From an uncultured Planctomycetaceae bacterium (GTDB taxonomy: Bacteria > Planctomycetota > Planctomycetia > Pirellulales > PNKZ01): a stretch of DNA of 64,000 nt. Both the position numbers and the translations under genes were made by a program. Under the pieces are notes generated by a model that saw only the letters and a program-made list of their open reading frames with translations, made no database searches and was not told the origin of the DNA. Shown in pieces: positions 26,530 to 36,101 of the stretch. Position 1 is the first letter of the stretch, and each line of letters begins with the position of its first letter. The stretch is taken from NCBI GenBank assembly GCA_964652155.1, contig CAZZBK010000013.1, positions 19 to 64,018 on the forward strand, written 5' to 3'.

Positions 26530-28821
26530 TTAGTTCGAGAAGCCGCTGGCTCCACCCGTGTAATAGCGTTCCGTGCGACCGTAGCCGTTCGCCCCTCGCG
26601 CGTCGCGCACCGCACGGTTGCGGGCGTCGTAGGTGTCCCAGCGGTACTCGGGGTAGACGGTGCTGCGATGCTGCAAGTTCGGGTTACCGGTGTACGCGCC
26701 GCGAATGAAGAACCGCGCGTCGTCTGGCTCGGTCACTTCCATGCCCGGCAGAATTTGCGGAACCTGATCGGCTTCCATCGGATGGATCAACTCGGGGCTC
26801 ACCAGGATGATCACTTCGGTCTCGTCGCGGGTCGTCTTGCGATGCGAGAACAGGGCACCCACGAACGGGATGTCGCCAAGCCACGGGACCCGCGCGCTCT
26901 CACCCACCTGCTGGTCCTGAATCAAACCGGCGATCGCCAACCACTGGCCTTCACGCAAGTCGACGTTGGTCGAGGCGCTGCGGGTCTGTAGGCCGGGGAT
27001 GCCGTTCACGCCGCTGGTCGAGTCGAGCCGGCTCACGGTGGGCGTGACTTGCAGGCGGATGTGGTCCTTGTCGATCATCGTCGGCGTGAAGAAGATCTGG
27101 GTGCCAAAGCCCTGGAAGCCCGTGGTCGCAGCGGCCGCTCCACCCACGCCGACCACCGTCGGGACGGGGAATTGACCACCGGCAATAAAGCTGGCCGGGT
27201 AGCCATTGAGGGTTACGAGGTTCGGCTCAGCCAGGACCTTCGACATGCGGTTGCTGCTCACCGCGCTCATGGTCAACTGCACCTGCTGCGAGGTAAGGAT
27301 GGCCGAGGCCGCGCCGGTGGCGTTGAGCACCGAGCTGAACGTGAAATCGCCGGCCTGGGCGGCAAAGTTGGCCCCCATCTCGCGGAGCGCGGTACGGGTC
27401 AGTTCGGCGACACGCACCTTGAGCATGATCTGCTGTTCGCCTGGCACGTCGAGCATGCTGATGACTTGCGTGGCGGGCATGTCACTGGCCGATCGGCCTC
27501 GAGCGAGTCCGTTGGTACCATAGGCGACGCCGTTGTAACCGCCGTTGCCGAAGCCGCCGTAGCCGGCCCAGCTCACAGGTCCCGCGCCGGGTATGCCGCC
27601 CCCCCAGCCCGTCATGCCCGGGCCGAGCGTGTTGCCAAACTGGTCGGTCATCTGGCCACGCAACACCTGCATGATCTGCGAGGCTTCGCGGGCATCACGG
27701 GCCTGGCCTCGCACGATGAGCTTATCGAGTACCGCGATCAACTGAATGTGGCTGTTGGGAAACATCTCGTTGAGCCGCCGCTGCAGCTTGCCGTACTCGA
27801 CCCCCGGGATGTTCTCGGCGTCTTCGGTCGGCAGCACCTTGATGAGATAGCGAATGAACGGTTGTTGGCCCTTGTCGTTCTGGCCCGGGAACCACAACGT
27901 GAGAGTCGTCTCGCCCACGGCACGGCCAACGAGTTCAAACTCATCGGGTCGATACTGAATGATTTCGACCACCGACGGGTCAGTGATCGCCACGCGGGCC
28001 ACATTCGACTTGAGTCGGATGAGCTCCCCTTTTCCGCTTCGCAAGTTCATGCGCACTTCAGGGCCGATAATGTCGGCCACGTAGGCGTCGACCTTGTGTT
28101 GAATGGGAACTGGCGCGTCTTCCTTGAGCGGGATCTTGTCTCCCAGCGAGGCCGGTGCGACTGGCGCGGGACCGCCGGTCGTCGGAAGCTGGAATTGTCC
28201 GCCAGGACCGTTCGGCGCGCCCCCTTGGAAACCTGGCTGCGACGCGCCACCGTTGGGAGCGCCTCCCTGATTCGCGGGCAACGGACCGTTGTAGCCACCC
28301 GAGGGCGCAAACTGTCCGTACGACTGCGGGCCATAGACCGGCTGCGGAAACGCGGCCTGCTGCACGTAGCCCGGCGGATAACTGCCTTGCGTGTAGCCAC
28401 CTTGCGCTGGGAATGCATACTGCGGCGGATAACCCGCTTGCTGCGGGTAGCCGTTGGGCTGCCGATATCCGCTCGCCGGTGGGTACCCAGGCGGCTGATA
28501 GCCTAACTGCTGAGCATAGGCAGCGGGATAGGCGGCGGGCGTGTTGCCGTAGTTGTTCGGCAAAGTGCCCGGTGCATGGTAGGCCGTCGGCTGGATCGAA
28601 CCGGTGTTCCACGCGGCTTGAGGCGCAGTCGCCACGGGGGGCTGTGGCCCAAAGTTCGGGTTAGGCCCGCCCGCAAGGTTCGGGACCTGAGCTGACAGCG
28701 GTAGCGTGTCGGCGACGAGGCTCATGGCAGCCACGGCACAAACTCGTCGCAGTCGCGCCCACGTTGGGCGTCGCAAGCTAACTGTGCTTTGAGTGGCTTG
28801 GATCATGGTTGTTTTCGGCAT
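26530..28821 (-). CDS. cpaC: CpaC/RcpA-type secretin with a long Y/G/P/Q-rich N-terminal region
   Basis: Pilus_CpaC_N-like segment LRSGKGELIRLKSNVARVAITDPSVVEIIQYRPDEFELVGRAVGETTLTLWF. Secretin core IMLKVRVAELTR...LAEPNLVTLNGYPASFIAGGQFPVP...IILVSPELI. Start taken at ATG 28821 (28806 is an alternative). Confidence 0.85.
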   Translation of the reverse strand: MPKTTMIQATQSTVSLRRPTWARLRRVCAVAAMSLVADTLPLSAQVPNLAGGPNPNFGPQPPVATAPQAAWNTGSIQPTAYHAPGTLPNNYGNTPAAYPAAYAQQLGYQPPGYPPASGYRQPNGYPQQAGYPPQYAFPAQGGYTQGSYPPGYVQQAAFPQPVYGPQSYGQFAPSGGYNGPLPANQGGAPNGGASQPGFQGGAPNGPGGQFQLPTTGGPAPVAPASLGDKIPLKEDAPVPIQHKVDAYVADIIGPEVRMNLRSGKGELIRLKSNVARVAITDPSVVEIIQYRPDEFELVGRAVGETTLTLWFPGQNDKGQQPFIRYLIKVLPTEDAENIPGVEYGKLQRRLNEMFPNSHIQLIAVLDKLIVRGQARDAREASQIMQVLRGQMTDQFGNTLGPGMTGWGGGIPGAGPVSWAGYGGFGNGGYNGVAYGTNGLARGRSASDMPATQVISMLDVPGEQQIMLKVRVAELTRTALREMGANFAAQAGDFTFSSVLNATGAASAILTSQQVQLTMSAVSSNRMSKVLAEPNLVTLNGYPASFIAGGQFPVPTVVGVGGAAAATTGFQGFGTQIFFTPTMIDKDHIRLQVTPTVSRLDSTSGVNGIPGLQTRSASTNVDLREGQWLAIAGLIQDQQVGESARVPWLGDIPFVGALFSHRKTTRDETEVIILVSPELIHPMEADQVPQILPGMEVTEPDDARFFIRGAYTGNPNLQHRSTVYPEYRWDTYDARNRAVRDARGANGYGRTERYYTGGASGFSN

Positions 28822-29198
28822 CTCATACACGTTGGGCGAACACTCGTCGATCGCCCCTGGGTCAAGGTGCTCTCGACGTTCTCTCCCCGGCAATGGGGCC
28901 CAACCCGCCGTCACGCTCGCTGCTAGCAAGGACTCGATCCTCAAGGATCGAAGCCCTCTAGGCAGGAACTCTCCGGCGGGTACTCCAATCTTCGGTTAAG
29001 AGTCGAGGGTGAGTTGAATAACAGTCGCATAGGATATGCAGATTATTCACAATACTCTGCTAGTACCACTTGTAGTAGCAACGTTGCATCGAGCGGTGGT
29101 GATGAGACCCGAGCGAACCAAGAGGATGCACGGCGCTGCCCGGTACGCTATCCTGATCGCTTCCCAGTACACCGCTTTTAGATCGGGAGCTTGCGTCC

Positions 29199-30518
29199 AT
29201 GACCCGCTTTGGCTTGATGAATTGGCTGGGCCTCGTGGCCGGTCTGATCGCTAGCACGGCCCGGGCCGACGACTGGCCGCAGTGGCAAGGTCCCACGCGC
29301 GATAGCGTCTGGCGCGAGACACGCATCACCGACTCACTCGAGGGCAAACTCGATATCCGCTGGCGGGCCAAAGTCTCCGGCGGCTACTCGGGCCCCGCCG
29401 TGGCCGCTGGACGTGTCTATATAACTGACTACGTCCGCACCGCGGGCGAACCCAAGAACGATCCCGGCGGCCGACCCCAACTCCAGGGAGAGGAGCGCGT
29501 GCTGTGCCTCGACGCTACGAGCGGCCAGCTACTCTGGAAGCACGCCTACCCACGCCCCTACGAGATCAGCTACCCGGCCGGTCCACGTGCCACCCCCGCC
29601 GTCGACGGCGATCGAGTTTACACCCTCGGTGCCGAAGGGAACCTGCTCTGCTTGCAAGCCGCGACGGGCCAAGTCGTCTGGCACGTCGATCTCAAAGCGC
29701 GCTACCAAGCCCCCACGCCCATCTGGGGCTTCTGTAGTCATCCGCTCATCGATGGCGACAAGCTGTTCGTGCTCGCCGGTGGCGCGGGGAGCGTGGTCGT
29801 CGCGCTCGACAAACGGACGGGCCAGGAATTGTGGCGCGCCCTCAGCGCCCCCGACGCCGGTTACTGTCCCCCCACACTCATCCACACCGCACAAGGCAAA
29901 CAGCTCGTCGTCTGGCACCCGCTCGCCGTCAACGGTCTGCGAAGCGACACGGGCGAGGTCCTGTGGAGCGTCAAGCTCGAACCCAACTACGGCATGTCGA
30001 TCAACCCGCCCTGTCAGATCGGCGAGCACTTGTTTGTCGCCGGCATCGTCAACCAAGGGGTGCTGCTCAAGCTCGCCCAGGACCAGCCCACGGTGAGCGA
30101 GGTGTGGCGTGTCTCGTCCAAGCTGGGTTTCGCACCCGTCCATAGCCCGGTCGTCCCGCTAAACAACACGCTCTACGGTGTCGATCGGATGGGGGAACTC
30201 GCGGCAATCGAAATACCCTCGGGCAAGAAATTGTGGGAGACCTATCAGGCGACCACGGGCGAGCGGCGCGCCAACTCCGGCACCGCGTTCATCGTCCGCA
30301 ACGATGAGCGGTTCTTCATTTTTAACGAACGGGGCGATTTGATCATCGCCCGGCTCTCGCCCAAGGGTTACGAGGAACTCTCGCGCGCTCATCTGCTCGA
30401 ACCGACCCACGAGGCCTTCGGTCGCAATGTCGTCTGGAGCCATCCGGCCTATGCGAATCGCTGCGTGTTCGCGCGGAACGATCAGGAGTTGATCTGTGTC
30501 GGCCTGGAGAGCAAATAG
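29199..30518 (+). CDS. PQQ-like beta-propeller repeat protein (BamB-like fold), secreted
   Basis: Signal peptide followed by DDWPQWQGPTRDSVW. Repeated G.l.CLDa.tG..lW propeller motifs. Confidence 0.85.
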   Translation: MTRFGLMNWLGLVAGLIASTARADDWPQWQGPTRDSVWRETRITDSLEGKLDIRWRAKVSGGYSGPAVAAGRVYITDYVRTAGEPKNDPGGRPQLQGEERVLCLDATSGQLLWKHAYPRPYEISYPAGPRATPAVDGDRVYTLGAEGNLLCLQAATGQVVWHVDLKARYQAPTPIWGFCSHPLIDGDKLFVLAGGAGSVVVALDKRTGQELWRALSAPDAGYCPPTLIHTAQGKQLVVWHPLAVNGLRSDTGEVLWSVKLEPNYGMSINPPCQIGEHLFVAGIVNQGVLLKLAQDQPTVSEVWRVSSKLGFAPVHSPVVPLNNTLYGVDRMGELAAIEIPSGKKLWETYQATTGERRANSGTAFIVRNDERFFIFNERGDLIIARLSPKGYEELSRAHLLEPTHEAFGRNVVWSHPAYANRCVFARNDQELICVGLESK

Positions 30519-30556
30519 CGACATGGACTAATTGCACCCACCCAATAAGTTGATCC

Positions 30557-30610
30557 CCCAAGCCGGCGATTCGGTCGCCGAAAGACCGGCGGCAACGCCG
30601 CTGGCTTGGG
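30557..30610. repeat. long hairpin repeat family B, copy 1
   Basis: CCCAAGCCGGCGattcgGTCGCCGaaagacCGGCGGCaacgcCGCTGGCTTGGG, 39 nt after the stop at 30518. Confidence 0.85.
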
Positions 30611-30664
30611 CAAAGCATCGTACTCATTTTGCAGGGCTACTGAGCACTGAAATTAGGACCCCTC

Positions 30665-31723
30665 ATGACGATCGATTATCCGACAGTCGAGACCCGCCGC
30701 CACTTTGCCAGCGACAACTACGCGGGCATCTGCAGCGAAGCGTGGGCCGCGCTCGAAGCGGCCAACCGTGGCCATGTGCCCGCCTACGGCGACGATCCCT
30801 GGACACAACGTGCCAGCGATCTGCTCCGCGAGCTGTTCGAGATCGACTGCGAAGTGTTCTTCTGCTTCAACGGCACGGCGGCCAACGCGATGGCTATTGC
30901 CCATCTGTGCCAATCGTACCACAGCGTGATTTGCCATCAGCTTGCGCATGTCGAGACCGACGAGTGTGGCGGGCCTGAGTTTTTCTCGAACGGCACCAAG
31001 CTGCTGGTGGTCGACGGCGCGGAGGGGAAAATCCTGCCGCAGAGCGTGCATGAAATGGTCACGCGCCGCTGCGACATTCATTATCCCAAGCCGCGTGTAT
31101 TGTCGCTCACGCAGGCCACCGAGATGGGCACCGTCTACAGCGTGGCCGAACTCGACGCGCTCGGCGAGATGGCCCGGCGGCATCATTTACGCATCCACAT
31201 GGACGGTGCCCGGTTCGCCAATGCCATCGCCACGCTCGCGGTGAAGCCGAAGGAAATCACCTGGAAGCTCGGCGTCGACGTGCTCTGTTTCGGCGGCACA
31301 AAAAACGGCCTGCCGGTGGGCGAGGCCGTCATCTTCTTCAATCGCGAGTTGGCCAAGGAGTTCGATTACCGTTGCAAGCAGGCCGGGCAACTCGCCTCGA
31401 AAATGCGATTTATCTCGGCCCCCTGGGTCGGCATGCTGCAGAGCAACGCCTGGGTCGAACGCGCCCGCTACGCCAACGATCGCGCCCAGCAATTGGCCGC
31501 CGCCCTGGCCTCGATCCCCCAGCTGCGGCTGCTCGCCACGCCGCAGGCCAACAGCGTGTTCGTCGAAATGCCCATCGCTTGGGCCAAAGCCCTCCGCGAG
31601 CAAGGTTGGCGATTTTACACGTTTATCGCCGCCGGCGGCGCGCGGCTCATGTGCTCCTGGGACACCCGCGACGACGACATCACCGCGCTCTGCACCGCGC
31701 TCCGCAAGTTGGCCGCCGACTGA
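30665..31723 (+). CDS. ltaE: low-specificity L-threonine aldolase (beta-eliminating lyase family)
   Basis: FASDNYAGICSE, GTAANAMAI, AHVETDECGGPEFF and GGTKNG (PLP lysine). Confidence 0.88.
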   Translation: MTIDYPTVETRRHFASDNYAGICSEAWAALEAANRGHVPAYGDDPWTQRASDLLRELFEIDCEVFFCFNGTAANAMAIAHLCQSYHSVICHQLAHVETDECGGPEFFSNGTKLLVVDGAEGKILPQSVHEMVTRRCDIHYPKPRVLSLTQATEMGTVYSVAELDALGEMARRHHLRIHMDGARFANAIATLAVKPKEITWKLGVDVLCFGGTKNGLPVGEAVIFFNRELAKEFDYRCKQAGQLASKMRFISAPWVGMLQSNAWVERARYANDRAQQLAAALASIPQLRLLATPQANSVFVEMPIAWAKALREQGWRFYTFIAAGGARLMCSWDTRDDDITALCTALRKLAAD

Positions 31724-31871
31724 TCCACAACCGCTCGTCATTATGGCAGACCGCGCAGTCAACGAACCCGGGTCAACACCGGCAGACCCCGCCTCATTGC
31801 CCGCTAGTCAGCTTCCCTTGCGATCGAGAAGTGGATAGTCTGAGAGTCAACCACCGCCAGGGAGATTGACC

Positions 31872-33143
31872 ATGACGAACCGCGCGCCGCATCTGGTCAC
31901 GTCACTTCCGGGGCCCCTGGCCGCGGCCTGGGTCGCGCGCGACGAGCGCGTCGTCTCCCCATCCTACACCCGCGACTACCCGCTGGTCGCCGCTCGCGGC
32001 GAAGGCTGCGTCATCGAAGACGTCGACGGCAATCGCTTCCTCGACTTCACGGCCGGCATCGCCGTCACCGCCACGGGACACTGCCATCCCGAAGTCGTGC
32101 AAGCCATCAGCGATCAGGCCAGCCAACTGATCCACATGTCGGGGACCGATTTCTACTACGCGCCCGAAATCGAACTGGCCGAGCGACTCGTGCAGATCAC
32201 CCCCGGCGACCTGCCCAAGCGTGTGTTCTTCACAAACAGCGGCACCGAAACGATCGAGGCGGCGTTGAAATTGGCCCGCTGGTCAACGGGCCGATCGCGG
32301 ATCATCTCGTTCCTCGGCGCGTTTCATGGCCGGACGATCGCAGCGCTGTCGGTCGGCGGCTCGCGGGCCATTCATCGCCGCGGCTTTGGGCCCCTGCTCG
32401 CCGGGACTCACCACTTGCCCTACGATTGCTCGCGCGCTCAACTCGACGAGCTGCTGACGAGTATCGCCCCAGCCGACGAAGTGGCCGCGATCGTCGTCGA
32501 GGCGATTCAAGGCGAGGGGGGCTATCGCGTCCCCTCCGAGGGATTCTTGCCCATGCTCCGCGACGTGTGCGATCAGCATGGCATTCGCCTGGTGCTCGAC
32601 GAGATTCAGTCGGGCATGGGGCGCACCGGGCGATGGTTCGCCGTCGAGCACTCGCTCGTCGTGCCCGACATGATCTGCATCGCCAAGGGGATCGCCAGCG
32701 GCTTGCCGCTCGGAGCCTTGGTGGCCAAGGCCGAGATCATGACCTGGCCGCCGGGCAGCCACGCCTCGACCTTTGGCGGCAATCCGGTCGCCTGCCGCGC
32801 CGCGCTCGCCACGATCGACTTGATCGAGCGCGAGTATCTTGGCAACGCCGTCGCGCGGGGCGAGCAGCTCGACGCACGCTTGAGAGCCTTGGCCGGCCCG
32901 CTCGCGCACCTCATTAGCCCGCCGCGCGGACGGGGCCTGATGCAAGCCGTCGACATTCTGACCGCGGGGCAGCCCGACGTCACGCGCCGCAACACGGTCG
33001 TGCAGGCCGCCTTCCTACGCGGGTTGCTGCTGATCGGCTGCGGCAAGGGGGCCGTCCGCTTCTGCCCAGCACTGTGTGTGTCGGCCGAGCAAATCGACAC
33101 CGCCGTGCAACTCTTCGGCCAAGCCTGTCGCGACGCCGAATAA
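31872..33143 (+). CDS. class III aminotransferase (4-aminobutyrate/acetylornithine aminotransferase-like)
   Basis: DVDGNRFLDFTAGIAVTATGHCHPEVV, DEIQSGMGRTG and CIAKGIASGLP (PLP lysine). ATG at 31872; the ORF-track start at 31866 is TTG. Confidence 0.88.
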   Translation: MTNRAPHLVTSLPGPLAAAWVARDERVVSPSYTRDYPLVAARGEGCVIEDVDGNRFLDFTAGIAVTATGHCHPEVVQAISDQASQLIHMSGTDFYYAPEIELAERLVQITPGDLPKRVFFTNSGTETIEAALKLARWSTGRSRIISFLGAFHGRTIAALSVGGSRAIHRRGFGPLLAGTHHLPYDCSRAQLDELLTSIAPADEVAAIVVEAIQGEGGYRVPSEGFLPMLRDVCDQHGIRLVLDEIQSGMGRTGRWFAVEHSLVVPDMICIAKGIASGLPLGALVAKAEIMTWPPGSHASTFGGNPVACRAALATIDLIEREYLGNAVARGEQLDARLRALAGPLAHLISPPRGRGLMQAVDILTAGQPDVTRRNTVVQAAFLRGLLLIGCGKGAVRFCPALCVSAEQIDTAVQLFGQACRDAE

Positions 33144-33150
33144 AAGCGAC

Positions 33151-34329
33151 TCACCAGTCGCCGACCGCGCCGTCGCTGTAAAAGCTCCGCTGCAACACCT
33201 CCTGCTGAAACGGATGCTTGCGGACCTCGGCCTCGTTGATCTCGATGCCCAGCCCCGGCTTGCTGCTCGGCCGCACGATCCGGCCCTGTGGCTCGACCGT
33301 GAACCCTTCCTGCACGACGTCGCTGCGCCACGGCACGTCGCTGTGGACCGCCTCGCAAATGATATAGCTGGGGGTGGCAAAGCCAAACTCGATGCTCGCC
33401 GCCGTGCTGACCGGACCCTGCGGATTGTGCGGCGCGAGCGACACGCGATACGCCTCGGCCAAGGCCGCAATGCGCCGCGCGCTCGTCAACCCGCCGCAAT
33501 GCGTGATGTCGGGCTGCAACACACTGCACGCCTTGAGCGCGAGCAAATCGCGATACTCGTTCAGCCCGCTGAGCCGCTCGCCCGTCGCGATCGGCGTGAC
33601 AACCGCGCGTTGAATCTCGGCCATCTCAGCGGCCGACTCGGGCCAACAAGGTTCCTCGAACCAGTAGAGACCATACGGCTCGAGCGCCTTGGCAAACAAG
33701 GTGCCCATCCGTGGCGAGGGGCGCGCGTGGCAGTCGACCATGATGTCGATGCCGTCGCCAACCGCCTCGCGCATCGCGGCCACGCATTGCTCGGCGTAGC
33801 GGACGGGCCGTAAGCCTTCAAGCGGCATCGTCTCGGGGACCGCCATGCTCTTGAAGGCCGTGAACCCCTCGGCGACCGCCGCGCGGGCGAGGTCGCCAAA
33901 GCGCTTCGCGTCGGCAACGTTGGTCTCGTAAAAGTCTTCCATCTTGCCGCCCCCCAGGTGACAGTACGTGCGAATAAAGTCGCGCACCCGCCCGCCGAGC
34001 AACTCATGACACGGCACGCCGTGGACCTTGCCAAGGATGTCCCAGAGCGCGATGTCGATGCCGCTCATTGCCGTCGCGCGGACGATGCCGTTGCCGTGCC
34101 AGAAGTGTTGCCGATACATCATCTGCCACAGGTGCTCGATCCGCCGCGGGTCTTCACCCACGAGCAACTGCGAGAGGTCTTCCATCGCGCCGACCACGCT
34201 GCGGGTATGCCATTCGAGGGTCGCCTCGCCCCAGCCGTAGAGGCCAGCCTGATCGGTGAGCACTTTGACGAAGATCCAGTTGCGCATCCGCGCGTGGCAG
34301 ACGTGCGTTTCGATGCGGGTGATTTTCAT
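33151..34329 (-). CDS. enolase-superfamily dehydratase (mandelate racemase/muconate lactonizing family, D-galactonate/D-mannonate dehydratase-like)
   Basis: [41 protein letters not shown] and the metal-ligand region DCHARP...FEEP. Start at the internal ATG 34329. Confidence 0.88.
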   Translation of the reverse strand: MKITRIETHVCHARMRNWIFVKVLTDQAGLYGWGEATLEWHTRSVVGAMEDLSQLLVGEDPRRIEHLWQMMYRQHFWHGNGIVRATAMSGIDIALWDILGKVHGVPCHELLGGRVRDFIRTYCHLGGGKMEDFYETNVADAKRFGDLARAAVAEGFTAFKSMAVPETMPLEGLRPVRYAEQCVAAMREAVGDGIDIMVDCHARPSPRMGTLFAKALEPYGLYWFEEPCWPESAAEMAEIQRAVVTPIATGERLSGLNEYRDLLALKACSVLQPDITHCGGLTSARRIAALAEAYRVSLAPHNPQGPVSTAASIEFGFATPSYIICEAVHSDVPWRSDVVQEGFTVEPQGRIVRPSSKPGLGIEINEAEVRKHPFQQEVLQRSFYSDGAVGDW

Positions 34330-34370
34330 GGGCGAGGGGCGTGGGATGTGGTGTGAGGGGCGAGAGGGGA
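34330..34370. repeat. G-rich tract (GGG/GGGG runs), family G
   Basis: gggcgaggggcgtgggatgtggtgtgaggggcgagagggga directly abuts the dehydratase start codon. Related to 56868..56905, and inverted relative to 34479..34523. Confidence 0.7.
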
Positions 34371-34478
34371 CCAAGACAACATCTCAACGATATTATCGAA
34401 TTCGAGAGCTTGCGTCACGGCTCAAAAGGGTCAAACGATTCTGCTCATCCATCGGGAGTAACGCCTTCATCCAAGTGT

Positions 34479-34523
34479 CCTTCCTCACCCCACTCCCCTC
34501 GCCCCACACCCCTTTCCTCCCCT
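34479..34523. repeat. C-rich tract, inverted partner of 34330..34370
   Basis: ccttcctcaccccactcccctcgccccacacccctttcctcccc contains CCCCTCGCCCC, the complement of GGGGCGAGGGG in the G-rich copy. Confidence 0.7.
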
Positions 34524-34787
34524 TGTTTCGCGCCGCGCGGCCAGTTAGGATAGTGCAGTGATGGGATTTGCGGCCGCTTGCAGCCTGACTGCTAAAGAGC
34601 CAACGCTTCGCCTGAGTTTGTCCCCACCCGGGGGCGCGTGCTGGTGGAAGCCGTTCTCACAGGACCTGGCATGCGAGCCGCGGACGCCACGATTGTGTGC
34701 GTGACGCGGCTCGTGTCGTTTAGGTCGACCGAATCCCGCAGATGGTCGATCGGTTCTCCTTCGCGGATTTTGCCCAGGGATTTGGTG

Positions 34788-35999
34788 ATGAACGACCCCT
34801 TGAGTTCGTTGTTGAACGATGACGCTTTCGACCACCTGTCCACGCTCAGCGTGCATGCCGGCGAGGCCCGCCAGAAGCCGGGCGACGCCGTCACCGACGC
34901 GGTCTTCTGCTCGTCGACCTACACCTTCCCCAACACGCAGAGCGTCATCGACTTCATCGAACAAAAGCTGCCGCGCGAAGAGTACGGCCGCTACGGCAAC
35001 CCCATCGAGAAAGTCGCCGAGCGCAAGCTCGCGGCCCTGGAAGGGGGCGAGTCGGCGCTACTCTACTCGTCGGGCATGGCCGCCATCGTCGGCCTCTTGA
35101 TGGCCAAGCTCAACGCCGGCGACGAGGTCATCTTCTTTGACGAGTGTTATCACCGCAGCCGCGAGTTCTGCACCAAGCACATGTCACGCTTCGGCGTCGT
35201 CACGCGGCAGGTCAAAGCCTGCGACTACGACGCAATGCAGCGAGCCATCACGCCCCAAACCAAGCTGCTCATCAGCGAGTCGCCGACGAACCCGCACATG
35301 AGCGTCGTCGATCTGGAAAAATTCGTTGCACTGGGTCGCCAGCACGGCGTCGAGACGCTGATCGATGCCACGCTGGCCACGCCGTACAACATTCGCCCGT
35401 TGGCGGCCGGTGTCGATTACGTCTTGCACTCGGCGACCAAGTACCTGGCTGGGCACAACGACCTGCTCGCCGGTGTCATCATCGGCGCGACCGACAAGCT
35501 CGAATCGGTCCGCAAACTCCGCGGCATCATGGGAGCCATCAACAGCCCACACGCCATTTACCTGTTGCTCCGCGGGCTCAAAACGTTCGAGCTGCGCATG
35601 CAGCGGCACAACGAAAACGGCCTGGCCGTGGCCCGGTTTCTCGAACAACACCCGAAGGTCGAGAAGGTCTGGTATCCGGGGGTCGAGAGTCACGCGTACT
35701 ACGAGGTGGCCCGGCGGACGATGCGTGGCTTTGGCGGCTTGATTACCTTCGCCGTGAAAAATGCCGACTGGAAGCAGACGGCCGCGGTGGTCGATGCCTG
35801 CCGCGTGCCGCGCATTGCACCGAGCCTCGGTGGTGTCGAATCGCTCATCGAGCAGCCGCTCGTGATGAGCTATTTCGAGATGCCTGCTGAGGATCGACAG
35901 CGGTTCGGCATCAGCGATAACATGATCCGGCTCGCTTGTGGAATCGAGAATACACAGGACCTGATCGACGACTTGGCCCAGGCACTCGACAAGATTTAA
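34788..35999 (+). CDS. Cys/Met-metabolism PLP enzyme (cystathionine gamma-synthase / O-acylhomoserine thiol-lyase-like)
   Basis: YGRYGNP, SGMAAI and SATKYLAGHNDLLAG (PLP lysine). Start at ATG 34788 (MNDPLSS); the 50 codons upstream look non-coding. Confidence 0.88.
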   Translation: MNDPLSSLLNDDAFDHLSTLSVHAGEARQKPGDAVTDAVFCSSTYTFPNTQSVIDFIEQKLPREEYGRYGNPIEKVAERKLAALEGGESALLYSSGMAAIVGLLMAKLNAGDEVIFFDECYHRSREFCTKHMSRFGVVTRQVKACDYDAMQRAITPQTKLLISESPTNPHMSVVDLEKFVALGRQHGVETLIDATLATPYNIRPLAAGVDYVLHSATKYLAGHNDLLAGVIIGATDKLESVRKLRGIMGAINSPHAIYLLLRGLKTFELRMQRHNENGLAVARFLEQHPKVEKVWYPGVESHAYYEVARRTMRGFGGLITFAVKNADWKQTAAVVDACRVPRIAPSLGGVESLIEQPLVMSYFEMPAEDRQRFGISDNMIRLACGIENTQDLIDDLAQALDKI

Positions 36000-36101
36000 C
36001 GACACCCCTTGTAGGGCACGTGCAACGCGCCGTGACGGTTTCGTATCGACCCATGATAACGGCACGATGCGCGTGCCCGACGAATCTCAGCGAGCCTCAT
36101 T

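Noticed and set aside
34525-34787. SAM/SAH riboswitch in the leader of the Cys/Met PLP gene
   Set aside because: There is only a loose resemblance (GAUUUGCGGCCGCUUGC...GCUAAAGAGCC) to SAM-II-like elements. I could not build the required pseudoknot pairing, and no S-box core is present. A cmsearch is needed to settle it.
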